DNA of 64,000 bases from an uncultured Candidatus Saccharibacteria bacterium (GTDB lineage Bacteria > Patescibacteriota > Minisyncoccia > Phycocordibacterales > UBA2100), in assembly GCA_964399865.1 (NCBI GenBank), contig CAYNRJ010000002.1:22151-86150 (forward strand). Direction: 5' to 3'. The notes below the pieces were generated by a model. That model did no database searches and was not told the DNA's origin. It saw only the letters and a list, made by a program, of their open reading frames with translations. This document shows, in pieces, positions 19,068 to 29,416 of this stretch. Numbering within the stretch: the stretch's first letter is position 1; each line of letters starts with the position of its first letter. The position numbers and the translations under genes were made by a program.

Positions 19068-20568
19068 ATTTGTTGGTTATGCCTGCAGCGATGTTATCGA
19101 CCGCGGTCATTGCGGCTAGCATGGAGTGGTCCTGATTGTTGTAACGGTGCATACCGTTGCGTCCCACAGGGAAAAGATTCGTAAATGTATCGAGATAGGC
19201 ACGCACCTGGGGGAACTGCTCATACGCACCGAAGTAGGCCGGGTATGCTTTCGGTTGGCGGATGACGGTGCCATCGATGATTTTAATACCTTGTCTTACG
19301 CCGATTTTCCCTAGCTCCTCTTCACCAAGTTTGATGAGATCAGCATCTTTCATATTCCAGAGCTTATCGCCCTCGTTTACGAAATACTCGAGCCCGATCC
19401 AGCCATTTTCTTGATTTGCGACAAGCTTAGGATGCCAGTTGTGGAAGAGTTGAATGCGACCCACGTGAACTCCCGGCTCGTGCACGTACATCCAGGTGTC
19501 CGTAAGAGGTGAGCCGTCTTTTTCAGTCGGTCGTTTCTCCAGCAGAAGTCCGACAGTGAGGAAATCACGGTACTGCAATTTGCTCGCTATGTTTTTAATT
19601 TCGGACGGGGCGGTCGGCATCATAGAAAGTAGATAGCGAATATCTGCGGTCGAAAATACGAAATCCGCAGGAATGCTTTCTTTCTTTCCATTCTGTTCAA
19701 TTGTCACAGAGGCGATTCGGTTACCTTCTATCTCTAGATTGGTGACTTTCGTACCCATGCGCACTTCGCCGCCCATCTCTTTCACTTTTTTAGCGGCAAC
19801 TTCCCACATCTGACCGGGGCCATACGTCGGATACAGAAATTGCTCGATGAGAGAAGTCTCGACGCCTTTACCTGCAAGAGGGCCGACGCGCGCGAGCTTT
19901 TTCACCGCATGCACAACAGCTTTCTTTATGGAGAGCCCCTTCACGCGCTGTGCGCCCCATTCCGCCGACAATTCAGTGCAGGGAACACCCCACACCTTTT
20001 CCGTATAGGATTTAAAGAATGTCTCATACAGTTCGCGACCGAAGCGGTTCAAGAAGAAGTCCTCAAGTGTTTTCTCAGGACGAATAGGAAGCAGTGCGGC
20101 GAGCGTGTACGTGATGCCGATTTTTACCACCTTGATCGGCCCAAGCTTCCACAGCGTATCGAGAGAAAGTTCTATCGGATATGCAAAAAGTTTTCCGCCG
20201 TAGATTATGCGCGTTTTTCGGGGGCGAACTGTCATGACATTCTCGCCGTCTTTTTCTGTCGCTTCTTTGAGTCCGGCGGTGAGTGCGCGCGTCGTACGCT
20301 GATATGTAATCTCGGCACCCTTTTCCGCGCGCACAGGAAGCATCTCTGCCCACCATTTCATTACACGATCTGATTTTGAAAAGAACCTGTGTCCACCGAT
20401 GTCTATGCGATTGCCTTTGTAATTAACTGTTTTTGAAATACCACCGACATATACGGGATCCATTTCGATCACGATCGGATGCACATCAGTGCGTTTTAGA
20501 AGCTCGAATGCGGCTGTGAGTCCTGCGGGACCCGCGCCTATGATGACCGCGGTTTTTTTCGCACTCAT
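19015..20568 (-). CDS. FAD-dependent oxidoreductase (HemY/UDP-galactopyranose mutase-like family common in glycan loci)
   Basis: [41 protein letters not shown]; start MSAKK at 20568. Confidence 0.8.
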   Translation of the reverse strand: MSAKKTAVIIGAGPAGLTAAFELLKRTDVHPIVIEMDPVYVGGISKTVNYKGNRIDIGGHRFFSKSDRVMKWWAEMLPVRAEKGAEITYQRTTRALTAGLKEATEKDGENVMTVRPRKTRIIYGGKLFAYPIELSLDTLWKLGPIKVVKIGITYTLAALLPIRPEKTLEDFFLNRFGRELYETFFKSYTEKVWGVPCTELSAEWGAQRVKGLSIKKAVVHAVKKLARVGPLAGKGVETSLIEQFLYPTYGPGQMWEVAAKKVKEMGGEVRMGTKVTNLEIEGNRIASVTIEQNGKKESIPADFVFSTADIRYLLSMMPTAPSEIKNIASKLQYRDFLTVGLLLEKRPTEKDGSPLTDTWMYVHEPGVHVGRIQLFHNWHPKLVANQENGWIGLEYFVNEGDKLWNMKDADLIKLGEEELGKIGVRQGIKIIDGTVIRQPKAYPAYFGAYEQFPQVRAYLDTFTNLFPVGRNGMHRYNNQDHSMLAAMTAVDNIAAGITNKSNLWAINTEEEYHEEKK

Positions 20569-20569
20569 G

Positions 20570-21019
20570 TTAGGCGCGGAAGAGGAGCCACTTTCGTGCT
20601 CCAAAATTCCATGAGAAGACGACGATGACGCTTGCGAACTTCGAGATCATGAAAAAGAAACCAAAGAGGTCTGTGAAAAGCCAGAGAATAAGTTCGTTGA
20701 GTCCAAGGCCGATAAGGCCGATGACCGCGAATATCAAGAATTCTGCCTTCCAATTTCGTACCGCACGCTGATCAAAAACCCAGTAGATACTTAAGAAGTA
20801 TATGAGAGTGAGACCTAGCGTGAACGCGATCGCGCCAGAATAGAGGTAAGGAACTTCAAATACGCTCGTGAGTACCCAAAGAACACCCGCGTCGACGATA
20901 AGAGCTACCGCAGAAGCCGCAAAATAGCGGATGAACTCATGGATGCCTTTTGAGCCGGCAACTGCGAGGGCAGTATTCGATTCCGCTTCAGGGGTCGTTA
21001 CAATGTCCGATTCGGCCAT
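20570..21019 (-). CDS. GtrA family polyprenyl-P-sugar flippase
   Basis: 4 [26 protein letters not shown]; start MAESD at 21019. Confidence 0.82.
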   Translation of the reverse strand: MAESDIVTTPEAESNTALAVAGSKGIHEFIRYFAASAVALIVDAGVLWVLTSVFEVPYLYSGAIAFTLGLTLIYFLSIYWVFDQRAVRNWKAEFLIFAVIGLIGLGLNELILWLFTDLFGFFFMISKFASVIVVFSWNFGARKWLLFRA

Positions 21020-22404
21020 ATTCGCTTCATTATAGCCCTGACGATGAAGACTGCCGAATACGCCGCGGCGACCCACAGCATTGGCTCAATAGGTAGGCGA
21101 TAGCGTGGCTGGGACACTGGGCTTGTGATGACGGCGTTCGCGAGAATGATGAGGACGGTGAGAAGAAGAAATAGTCGCACGTATCCTTTGGCAAAGAGTG
21201 GACTTATGAACGCGAGCGCAAAAAGAATGACCCACAGAAGTCGCTCAAGTGTGATGGGCCATGAGCTAAGAATATTTCCCATGACGCCGCTCCAGTCTTT
21301 GGCGCGTACAAGTTCGCCGAGCGATGTACCACTCGGAGTGATAAGTGGAACCCGAGCTGAAGAATCGCTTGAGATCGTTGCTCCGATGACGTTGAGTCCG
21401 CTACTAATGAAGAACGGAATCGTGCGCGAAAAATGAAATCCAACGTACGACATGAATCCTTCTTTAAGAAGATGCTCTTTCGCGATTGCACCGAGTTCAT
21501 CTGCATACGAGAAACTCTTGTGTGTATCAAACGCAGAGCCGCCCATAGGTGCGAGGATTGTCTCCCGCTCCTCGTTCACCGAGGAGCCGTGTTTCCACGC
21601 GAGGAATTCTGGGACGTTGTAATAGGCAAGATTGTACGCAGAAACCGACGAGAGTGAGAAGTGTCCGGCGACGACATAATTGCGTAGCATCCACGGCACA
21701 AGAACTGCAGCGAAAAGTGCGAAGGCAACGAGAGCCTTTATGATTCGCTCTCGCACGAGAGTCCCCTGCGGCGCAAAGAAAAGAATCGCGGCAAAGACAG
21801 GAAGCGAAATGTAGAGTCCGAGTGGTCGCACGAGTGTCGCAAGTCCCAGAATTGCACCGATCGCGACTGCGAGACGGTACGAATATTCTTGTGGGAGCTT
21901 GAGTAACAAAAGCATAGCCGCCGCAAACATAAGTGTGTAGAGAACATCTCCGCCCATACCTGTGATGGTTTGAAGAACGAGTGCGGGACTCACACCAACA
22001 CAGAATGCAAGAAAGAGAGCGAGACGGTGTCGCAATTCAACCCTCCGTGCAAAAAGATAAGCAACAGCGCCGATTCCGGCTGCGAGGACAGACTGCACGA
22101 AGAAAAGAAACCAGAAAGAACCATTCGATATAAAAAGCGCGAGCGCCACGAAGAACGGATATCCAGGAGTACGAAATGTTTCTGGCTCGGCATCTTTCGA
22201 TAGTACGAACGCTCCATTTTGCAGGAATGACTCACCAAGTTTTATGTATTGCCCTGAATCTTGCGAAAGTATCCGCTCTTTAAAATCAATCCCATGGCGA
22301 TTATAAAAACTGATGGTGAGCGCAAGGAAGGCAAGATGTACTGTGACAACGACCAAAGAAAGTATTACAAGCTGGCGAACCTCTCGTTTTTGGATGTTGA
22401 ACAT
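20998..22404 (-). CDS. GT-C (ArnT/PMT-like) multi-pass glycosyltransferase
   Basis: DSGQY, FRTPGYPFF, TLVRP, PWMLRNY, PRYRLP. Confidence 0.75.
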   Translation of the reverse strand: MFNIQKREVRQLVILSLVVVTVHLAFLALTISFYNRHGIDFKERILSQDSGQYIKLGESFLQNGAFVLSKDAEPETFRTPGYPFFVALALFISNGSFWFLFFVQSVLAAGIGAVAYLFARRVELRHRLALFLAFCVGVSPALVLQTITGMGGDVLYTLMFAAAMLLLLKLPQEYSYRLAVAIGAILGLATLVRPLGLYISLPVFAAILFFAPQGTLVRERIIKALVAFALFAAVLVPWMLRNYVVAGHFSLSSVSAYNLAYYNVPEFLAWKHGSSVNEERETILAPMGGSAFDTHKSFSYADELGAIAKEHLLKEGFMSYVGFHFSRTIPFFISSGLNVIGATISSDSSARVPLITPSGTSLGELVRAKDWSGVMGNILSSWPITLERLLWVILFALAFISPLFAKGYVRLFLLLTVLIILANAVITSPVSQPRYRLPIEPMLWVAAAYSAVFIVRAIMKRIWPNRTL

Positions 22405-22410
22405 GAGGGA

Positions 22411-23091
22411 CTAGCTTTTCTTTACGCACTTGAAAATAAGGCGCTTCATTTTCTTGTGGAGGAATGGGAGAAAGAATGCTGCGAAGAGTTCTACCTTGTG
22501 CTTCCAGCCGTAGTAGTACAAATTGTCCGACCCCTTGTAGCGAGCGATAGTAAGTCCGTGCCTCTCCAGAAGCGAACGCACTTCTTCGAATCTGAAATAA
22601 TGATCATCGATCGGCTGCATTTTCTTGTTGCGGATCTTGTCGTAGAAATCATACGAAGCCCAGTCGCGATTTGGGACTGTGACTATTGCAGTTCCACCTG
22701 GCTTTAAAACGCGGACGAGTTCTGAGACCGCTTTGTCAAAGTCGAGCATGTGCTCGAGGACCTCGGTCATAAAGACGACATCAAACATGGCGCTCTCGTA
22801 AGGAAGTGCTTCTGCATCGCCGACGCGGAGATCAGCGTCGGGGTTTGCCTTTTTCGCTTCCTCGACAAGTTTTGGGGCGATGTCGATGCCAAAAAGTTGC
22901 TGCGATGAGGTACGCGGCACTCTTTTGAGGAGTGAGCCGACACCACAACCAATGTCCAGGATCTTGCCGCTGTAAGAGCCGTGCATAGCGATACAGCGAT
23001 CATAAAAGCCCGTTTCAAGGCCCATTTTATGCACGATAGCGTCGTACCCTGCCGCAATGTCTTGTTTACTTATGTTCCGACCTTCCTCCAT
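22411..23091 (-). CDS. Class I SAM-dependent methyltransferase
   Basis: ILDIGCGVG, GDAEALPY, EVLEH, RVLKPGG; start MEEG at 23091. Confidence 0.85.
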   Translation of the reverse strand: MEEGRNISKQDIAAGYDAIVHKMGLETGFYDRCIAMHGSYSGKILDIGCGVGSLLKRVPRTSSQQLFGIDIAPKLVEEAKKANPDADLRVGDAEALPYESAMFDVVFMTEVLEHMLDFDKAVSELVRVLKPGGTAIVTVPNRDWASYDFYDKIRNKKMQPIDDHYFRFEEVRSLLERHGLTIARYKGSDNLYYYGWKHKVELFAAFFLPFLHKKMKRLIFKCVKKS

Positions 23092-23157
23092 ATGATTTTC
23101 GTCATAATAGCACCCGAGTCTCAATTGGCGGGCGCGTGGTATAAATCCTGTACCACT

Positions 23158-23970
23158 ATGGATAGGGATACGAAAAACAGATTCGCGTTTGGCAAGAATT
23201 GGCAGAAATTTCTTCCAAATATCACCGACGAGCGAATAGAGAAGGCGAAGAAGTCTCTCACGAGTTTTCTCGGGATGTCTGATCTTAAGGGTAAGACTTT
23301 CATCGACATTGGAAGTGGCAGCGGGCTTTCTTCATATGCGGCATTTCAGCTTGGCGCGGACCGCATCGTGAGTTTCGACTACGATCAAAATTCTGTCGCT
23401 GCGACAAGAAAAATGTGGGAGAAGGCAGGGAAGCCGCAGAAGTGGAATGTAGAACAAGGATCAGTCCTAGATACGGAGTATTTGAAACAGCTCGGCACAT
23501 TCGACATCGTGTATTCGTGGGGAGTTCTTCATCACACGGGAGACATGTGGAGCGCAATCAGGAATTCCGCGAACATGGTAAAAACTGGTGGCCAGTACTA
23601 CATTGCGCTCTACAATAATGTGGAAGGGCGACTCGGTTCTCGTAAGTGGTTACTCATCAAGAAGATATACAATCGCGCACCGAAGATAGGGAAATTCATT
23701 ATGGACTGGATCTATATTTTTATCTTCCATATTCTTGCGAACTTGCTGCGTTTCAAGAATCCGATTACTGAGATGCGCGCGTACGGAAAATCTCGCGGTA
23801 TGCACTGGCGAGAAGATGTAAGCGATTGGCTCGGCGGATATCCGTACGAGTACGCTTCGTCCGGCGAAGTCTTCGCGTTTATGAAAAAAGAATTTCCAAC
23901 GTTCACACTCACTAATTTGAAAACGACATCGAGCATCGGGAACAATTGGTTCCTCTTCAAACGAGCATGA
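23158..23970 (+). CDS. Class I SAM-dependent methyltransferase
   Basis: RFAFGKNW, FIDIGSGSGL, FDIVYSWGVLHHTG, DWLGGYPYE; start MDRD at 23158. Confidence 0.85.
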   Translation: MDRDTKNRFAFGKNWQKFLPNITDERIEKAKKSLTSFLGMSDLKGKTFIDIGSGSGLSSYAAFQLGADRIVSFDYDQNSVAATRKMWEKAGKPQKWNVEQGSVLDTEYLKQLGTFDIVYSWGVLHHTGDMWSAIRNSANMVKTGGQYYIALYNNVEGRLGSRKWLLIKKIYNRAPKIGKFIMDWIYIFIFHILANLLRFKNPITEMRAYGKSRGMHWREDVSDWLGGYPYEYASSGEVFAFMKKEFPTFTLTNLKTTSSIGNNWFLFKRA

Positions 23971-24728
23971 TATTTCTTCGTAGATTTCTTCTTATCTTTT
24001 TTTCTCTTTTTGCTCGGTTTGTCCCGGGGAAGAGACTCACGGTGCTTCTCTATCATTCGATTTCTAACGATTCGTGGCACTACGCGGTGCGTGTGGACGA
24101 ATTCCGGAAGCAGATGAGATACATTGCGGCTCACGCTGATGTTGTCCCAATTTTCACAGTACTCGAGTATGTAAAGGGAAAGAAACTCACGCGAAATGCA
24201 ATCGCCGTGACATTTGATGATGGGTACCGTGACTTCCTCACAAATGCACTTCCTATCCTTAAGGAATTCAATATTCCTGCGACGGTCTTCATGTCCCTGA
24301 CGGAAGCAGATAAGAAAGAGGTTGGGTCGGACAAAGAACTTTTGCGCGAAGAAGATGCAGCCGCGTTGAAAGATCCGCTGGTGAATTTAGCGAGTCATGC
24401 TCTCACACATCGAAAATTGACGCGACTCTCTCCTGCGGAATTGCATCATGAGCTCACGCATTCGCGCGAACTCATAACGGAGCGGTTCGGGCAGACTGTG
24501 GAACAGTTGGCGTATCCGAAAGGAATGTTTTCAAAGGATGTTGTTGAGGCCGCGCGCGGAGCTGGGTACGAAGCGGCATTTACGACCGAACCTCGCTCCG
24601 TTCGGATGGGGGAAGATCCGTACACTCTGCCACGCGTAGAGGTCCATGCGACGACGTCCCTTCCGGAATTCAAGGCACGCCTTACGCGAGCAGCAGATTG
24701 GTACAACGCGATTCGTCGATTCTTTTAA
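23967..24728 (+). CDS. Polysaccharide deacetylase (CE4)
   Basis: LLYHS, AVTFDDGY, SHALTH, LAYPKG. Confidence 0.85.
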   Translation: MIFLRRFLLIFFSLFARFVPGKRLTVLLYHSISNDSWHYAVRVDEFRKQMRYIAAHADVVPIFTVLEYVKGKKLTRNAIAVTFDDGYRDFLTNALPILKEFNIPATVFMSLTEADKKEVGSDKELLREEDAAALKDPLVNLASHALTHRKLTRLSPAELHHELTHSRELITERFGQTVEQLAYPKGMFSKDVVEAARGAGYEAAFTTEPRSVRMGEDPYTLPRVEVHATTSLPEFKARLTRAADWYNAIRRFF

Positions 24729-24803
24729 TTGCCAATGGTCTTCTAAATGATAGAGTTTGACGTGTTAAATCGCGGGTAGATTGCACGCTTTTGTAACCAA
24801 CAC

Positions 24804-25700
24804 ATGGCCAACACAGAGACCAAGAAAACAGTCATTGTGACCGGCGGGGCCGGCTTTGTTGGTACGGAATTAATAGGTCTACTTCTTCCAAAGTACCGAG
24901 TTGTCTCGCTAGATAACTATTTCCTCGGCAAGGAATCTAATCATGTGCCAGGTGCTGAGTATATAAAAGGACACACGAAAGATATTGCACAGCTCCTCGG
25001 TGACGAGAAGCCGGTCATTATCTTCCATCTCGGAGAATACTCTCGTGTCGAGCAGAGTTTTAATGATATCGAGCTCGTGTGGAAATCGAATGTTGAGGGC
25101 ACGTTCAGTGTTTTTGAATTTTGGAGGAAACTAAATGCAGCGGGGCACACATGCAAACTCGTGTACGCGGGATCTTCGACGAAGTTTGCCGATGGTGGGC
25201 TTGGGCGCGATCAGAGTCCGTACGCGTGGATGAAAGCAACCAACACAGAATTGGTCATCAACTACAGCGCGTGGTTCAAATTGCCGTATGCGATCACGTA
25301 CTTCTACAATGCGTATGGTCCGCATGAACTCTCTGAAGGTCAGTACGCATCGGTTGTCGGAAGATTCAAAGAGCTTTTTTGGAAAGGGGAGCCAATCACA
25401 GTCACGATGCCGGGGACACAGCGCCGTAATTTCACGCACGTAAATGATCTCGCACGCGGACTTATGATGGTCGGAGAAAAAGGGGAAGGTGACGGCTACG
25501 GACTCGGCGCACCTGATTCATACACCATCCTCGAGATTGCACAGATGTTTGGTGGCGAGATAAAAATGCTTCCAGAGAGAAAGGGGAATCGTATGGAATC
25601 ACAACTCGATACCTCTCGAGCGCAGAAAGAATTTGGATGGAAGGCAGAACATACGATCAAAGAGTATATTGAGTCTCTGAAGAAGCAGAAGAAAAAGTAA
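24804..25700 (+). CDS. NAD-dependent NDP-sugar epimerase/dehydratase, paralog of 4474-5343
   Basis: VTGGAGFVG, HLGEYSRVE, YAGSSTKFADGGLGRDQSPYAWMK. Confidence 0.85.
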   Translation: MANTETKKTVIVTGGAGFVGTELIGLLLPKYRVVSLDNYFLGKESNHVPGAEYIKGHTKDIAQLLGDEKPVIIFHLGEYSRVEQSFNDIELVWKSNVEGTFSVFEFWRKLNAAGHTCKLVYAGSSTKFADGGLGRDQSPYAWMKATNTELVINYSAWFKLPYAITYFYNAYGPHELSEGQYASVVGRFKELFWKGEPITVTMPGTQRRNFTHVNDLARGLMMVGEKGEGDGYGLGAPDSYTILEIAQMFGGEIKMLPERKGNRMESQLDTSRAQKEFGWKAEHTIKEYIESLKKQKKK

Positions 25701-25701
25701 T

Positions 25702-26517
25702 ATGAATAAAATTCCGTGCACAGTCGGGATCCTTACGCTGAATTCTTCGAAAACGCTTCGTCGCTGTCTTGACTCCGTAAAAGATTTTGACGAAATCATT
25801 ATTTGCGACGGAAATAGCACAGACAATACACTCGACATCGCACGCGAATACGGCTGCAAAATAGTGAAGCAGTACGATTCTGACGAGCCAAACCTTCGCT
25901 GTGAGACAGACAAAGCGAACGTGCGTAACCGAAATATGGAAACAGCGCGGAATGATTGGTACGTGTACCTCGATTCTGATGACGCGCTCTCGAAAGGAGT
26001 AGTCGAAGAGATCCGCGCTATTGCGACGAATCCGGATCCCCCATTTCTCGTGTACAAAATGCCGATGCATACATTCATCGCAGGGCGCGAAATCAAATAT
26101 TCTTCAAGCTACCCAAGCTATCAGAATCGTTTCTTCAATAGAAAGACAGGTGCGATATTCGTGAAGCCGGTGCATGAACGCATTAAATTCGATCCCGAAA
26201 AATATGCGGTAGGAACTCTGCAGAACCCATACGAGATCCACGTTTCCGCAGAACGTGCGAACAGCGCCCGCGCCTACTACTCGTCGTACGTGGATTTTGA
26301 GATGACGAAATGGGAACCACGCGCATCTTTCTTTGCGTATCTGAAGTGGGTCTATCGGTGGCCAATACGCGGTCTTGGACGCACAGTCATTTACGCTACG
26401 AGAAATTATCTCTTTCACGGATTTAAGCACTCACTCCCAGTCAAAACGGAACTTTTTAAAGCGTGGTACTACATTTCCATGATCGGACAGACATTCCGGA
26501 AACAGCTCGGCATGTAG
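25702..26517 (+). CDS. Glycosyltransferase family 2 (WaaE/KdtX-like)
   Basis: CDGNSTDNT, RN..ME.ARNDW..YLDSDD, VHE. Confidence 0.82.
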   Translation: MNKIPCTVGILTLNSSKTLRRCLDSVKDFDEIIICDGNSTDNTLDIAREYGCKIVKQYDSDEPNLRCETDKANVRNRNMETARNDWYVYLDSDDALSKGVVEEIRAIATNPDPPFLVYKMPMHTFIAGREIKYSSSYPSYQNRFFNRKTGAIFVKPVHERIKFDPEKYAVGTLQNPYEIHVSAERANSARAYYSSYVDFEMTKWEPRASFFAYLKWVYRWPIRGLGRTVIYATRNYLFHGFKHSLPVKTELFKAWYYISMIGQTFRKQLGM

Positions 26518-26523
26518 ACCTGC

Positions 26524-27951
26524 ATGCTTTTTAATTCCTTCGACTTCGCGATTTTTTTTGGGGTCTTCGTCGTCCTCTATTTCGCGCTTCGATCCCGGGT
26601 GCGATATCAAAATCTACTCCTCCTTGCGGGCAGTCTTTTCTTCTACTCCTGGTGGGACTATCGCTTCCTTGCCCTCATTCTCATCATAAGCGTCGGCGTG
26701 TACCTTGCGGGGAAAAAGATCGCAGAGCTGCCGGATGGTCCGAGAAGAAAATGGTGGCTCATAGGATCGATCGTTTTCAGTCTTTCATTTCTAGCGTTCT
26801 TTAAGTATTTCGATTTCTTTATTCAAAGCACTGCAGAAGTCCTTCAATTTTTCGGACTTTCCGCAAACCTCCACGTGCTCGGCATACTCCTCCCCATCGG
26901 TATTTCGTTTTACGTGTTTGAAGCGGTGAGCTACGTGGTCGATATATATAGACGCAATAGCCTCCCTGCGAAACGCTATACGGATTTCCTGCTCTTCCTC
27001 TCATTCTTCCCGCACCTTGTCGCGGGTCCGATCATGCGCGCGAAACAGCTCTTGCCGCAGATAGAAGCGCAGAGAGTGGTGACGGTCGCACTTTTTCACG
27101 AAGGGACCTACCTATTTTTGTGGGGACTTTTCAAGAAAGTGTTCGTAGCTGATAACCTAGGAAAGTTCATCGTCGACCCTGCGTTCGCATCGGGGGACCT
27201 GACAGGATTTGGGTACATGATCGCGCTCTACGCGTTCGGATTCCAAATATATGCGGACTTTTCGGGATACACCGACATGGCGCGCGGCATTGCGAGATGG
27301 CTCGGATTTGATCTGCCGCTCAACTTTGACGCGCCGTACTTCTCACGAAACCCCAGCGACTTCTGGAGAAGATGGCACATTACGCTTTCAAATTGGTACC
27401 GCGATTACGTGTATATACCGCTCGGCGGAAATCGCGGCGGTGTATGGAAGACGTGTATCAATCTCATTCTCACGATGCTTCTTGCCGGACTCTGGCACGG
27501 AGCGAGTTGGACGTATGTGGTATGGGGCGGCTACCAAGGACTTCTTCTTGCAGGACATCGGCTCTGGATCGCGCTTAATGAACGTGCGTCTTCGATTAAA
27601 CGGGTGACCGCGATATTTGGCACTGCCGGGGCAGTAATTCTAATGCTGCAGGCGACGATGATCGGCTGGCTTCCATTCCGCGCGCAAAGTTTCGAACAGG
27701 TGCGTGATATCGCAAGTGCAATCCTGTTTAATTTCGCTCCGACTGCGACACCACTCAAGCCATTTTTGATGCTCGTATTCTTTTCGGCGATCCTTCTCAT
27801 CGCGGAATTCTTCCAATACCGATTGAAGTCACCATTCATACTATGGGGAGCACCACTCTTAATCCGCGTGATTGCGTATCTTCTTGTCATCTACTCGATT
27901 TTTGTCTTTGGCGTCCTTGCCGGCACGCAATTCATTTATTTCCAATTTTGA
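26524..27951 (+). CDS. MBOAT O-acyltransferase (AlgI/PatA/DltB-like)
   Basis: MLFNS, LPIGISFY, FFPHLVAGPI, YADFSGYTD, FWRRWHITLS, GLWHGA, C-terminal FIYFQF. Confidence 0.9.
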   Translation: MLFNSFDFAIFFGVFVVLYFALRSRVRYQNLLLLAGSLFFYSWWDYRFLALILIISVGVYLAGKKIAELPDGPRRKWWLIGSIVFSLSFLAFFKYFDFFIQSTAEVLQFFGLSANLHVLGILLPIGISFYVFEAVSYVVDIYRRNSLPAKRYTDFLLFLSFFPHLVAGPIMRAKQLLPQIEAQRVVTVALFHEGTYLFLWGLFKKVFVADNLGKFIVDPAFASGDLTGFGYMIALYAFGFQIYADFSGYTDMARGIARWLGFDLPLNFDAPYFSRNPSDFWRRWHITLSNWYRDYVYIPLGGNRGGVWKTCINLILTMLLAGLWHGASWTYVVWGGYQGLLLAGHRLWIALNERASSIKRVTAIFGTAGAVILMLQATMIGWLPFRAQSFEQVRDIASAILFNFAPTATPLKPFLMLVFFSAILLIAEFFQYRLKSPFILWGAPLLIRVIAYLLVIYSIFVFGVLAGTQFIYFQF

Positions 27952-27955
27952 TCCT

Positions 27956-28882
27956 ATGATTTCGAAAGCAGCAACTGGCACCATTCTCCTCATCATTCTC
28001 ATCGAGTTTGGGATTGGTTTTTTTGTACCGCGTTCCGAATTCCTTTATCAATTGAGTAGACCGCTCGATGATGATGAGTTCAGATTTGCACACCGCCTCA
28101 TTTCAGAACCAGGCGCTGTCTTTATTGTCGGATCAAGTCAGGCACGTGAGGATTATGATACCGAGGCGCTCTCAGAGAAACTGGGTGTTTCAGTTAAGAA
28201 TCTCGGGCTTTCTGGCGCCAGCTTCCTTGATTGGTACATGCTCTCAGGCGATTTGATAGAAGAAGAACCCTCCACCATCATCTTTACTACCTACATCGGT
28301 GACATAAACGGATCAATGATCTTCAATCCGCTTCGCTTTGATATTGGAAAGGGGATCGAAGTTGCACGAGGAGACATCTTTGCGATGAGAGAGGGAATGT
28401 TCCGCGGCCTCGTCGCGGAGATCCTCCCAAGCTTTCGGTATCGAGATATTTTTTCTCACGCAATGTATCGCTCTCTCGGAGGTAATACTGAATACGTTGA
28501 GTACGGCGCAATTCAAAATCCCCCGGAATATTTCAAAAACGAACTACAAAATGCCAAGGTGCGGCACACGCTATCCTCGGATGCGGCGCGCCAAAGAGAG
28601 ATGTTCTTGAAATTCGCGAGAGACATACACGAAAAGGGAATTACGCTGATCATAGTGCGCGGCCCTCTGTATCCGGGTTTTGAAAGATTTGTAGACCCTG
28701 CGCTCGAGGATTACTATACAGATACGCTCATGCAGGCATCAGAAGAATTCGGAGCGGTCTATGTGAAGGAAGAAGAGCTGCCGCGTTTCAGTCCGTCTGA
28801 CTTTGCAGACTTCACACACTTGAATAGCGTGGGACGAGCTAAGATGACCGAAAGAATAGCACAACTGATCCCACTACAGTGA
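27956..28882 (+). CDS. SGNH-like acyltransferase partner of the MBOAT (DltD/PatB/AlgJ-like)
   Basis: N-terminal TM, GSSQ, NLGLSG, DFTHLN (DxxH); directly downstream of the MBOAT. Confidence 0.7.
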   Translation: MISKAATGTILLIILIEFGIGFFVPRSEFLYQLSRPLDDDEFRFAHRLISEPGAVFIVGSSQAREDYDTEALSEKLGVSVKNLGLSGASFLDWYMLSGDLIEEEPSTIIFTTYIGDINGSMIFNPLRFDIGKGIEVARGDIFAMREGMFRGLVAEILPSFRYRDIFSHAMYRSLGGNTEYVEYGAIQNPPEYFKNELQNAKVRHTLSSDAARQREMFLKFARDIHEKGITLIIVRGPLYPGFERFVDPALEDYYTDTLMQASEEFGAVYVKEEELPRFSPSDFADFTHLNSVGRAKMTERIAQLIPLQ

Positions 28883-28883
28883 T

Positions 28884-29396
28884 ATGCAACTACCAACACT
28901 TTCAGAATTAAAGATGTCGATAAGCTCGTTCATCGAACGAGAGAAGATTTCTTGGCGCACACTTTTCTCTCCGCTAGAGATGCTCGCGATCATGAATCGT
29001 TATCGATTCATCCATTTTCTCGTGATTGGTGGGACTGGGGTCGTCATTAACCTTGGCGTCACCTGGTTTCTCACTACGTTTTTCTTTGGGCTTGAGGACT
29101 ACTTCACCGCGTACATCTGTGGACTCATAGCGAATCTCTTATTTAATTTTGTGTTGTATTCGAAAGTGGTATTCGGTACATCGCGTGATCACACTCGTCG
29201 CCTCATCGTGTTCATGATCTACTCGATTTGTATGGCCTCCTTCCAGGCGTGGCTCGTGAGTGTTCTTGTGCCACTAATTGGTCTGAAATTCTATCTTATA
29301 GTCATCGCAGGGGTTATCGGCTTCTTCTCAATCGTTAATTTCTTTATATTCAAGCTCTCACTCTTCAAGGAGCGCCTCCTTGGTTCGGAAGGTTAA
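28884..29396 (+). CDS. GtrA family flippase
   Basis: RFIHFLVIGGTGVVINL, 4 TM, VNFFIFK. Confidence 0.75.
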   Translation: MQLPTLSELKMSISSFIEREKISWRTLFSPLEMLAIMNRYRFIHFLVIGGTGVVINLGVTWFLTTFFFGLEDYFTAYICGLIANLLFNFVLYSKVVFGTSRDHTRRLIVFMIYSICMASFQAWLVSVLVPLIGLKFYLIVIAGVIGFFSIVNFFIFKLSLFKERLLGSEG

Positions 29397-29416
29397 AGAG
29401 TAGTACACTTCTCTTC

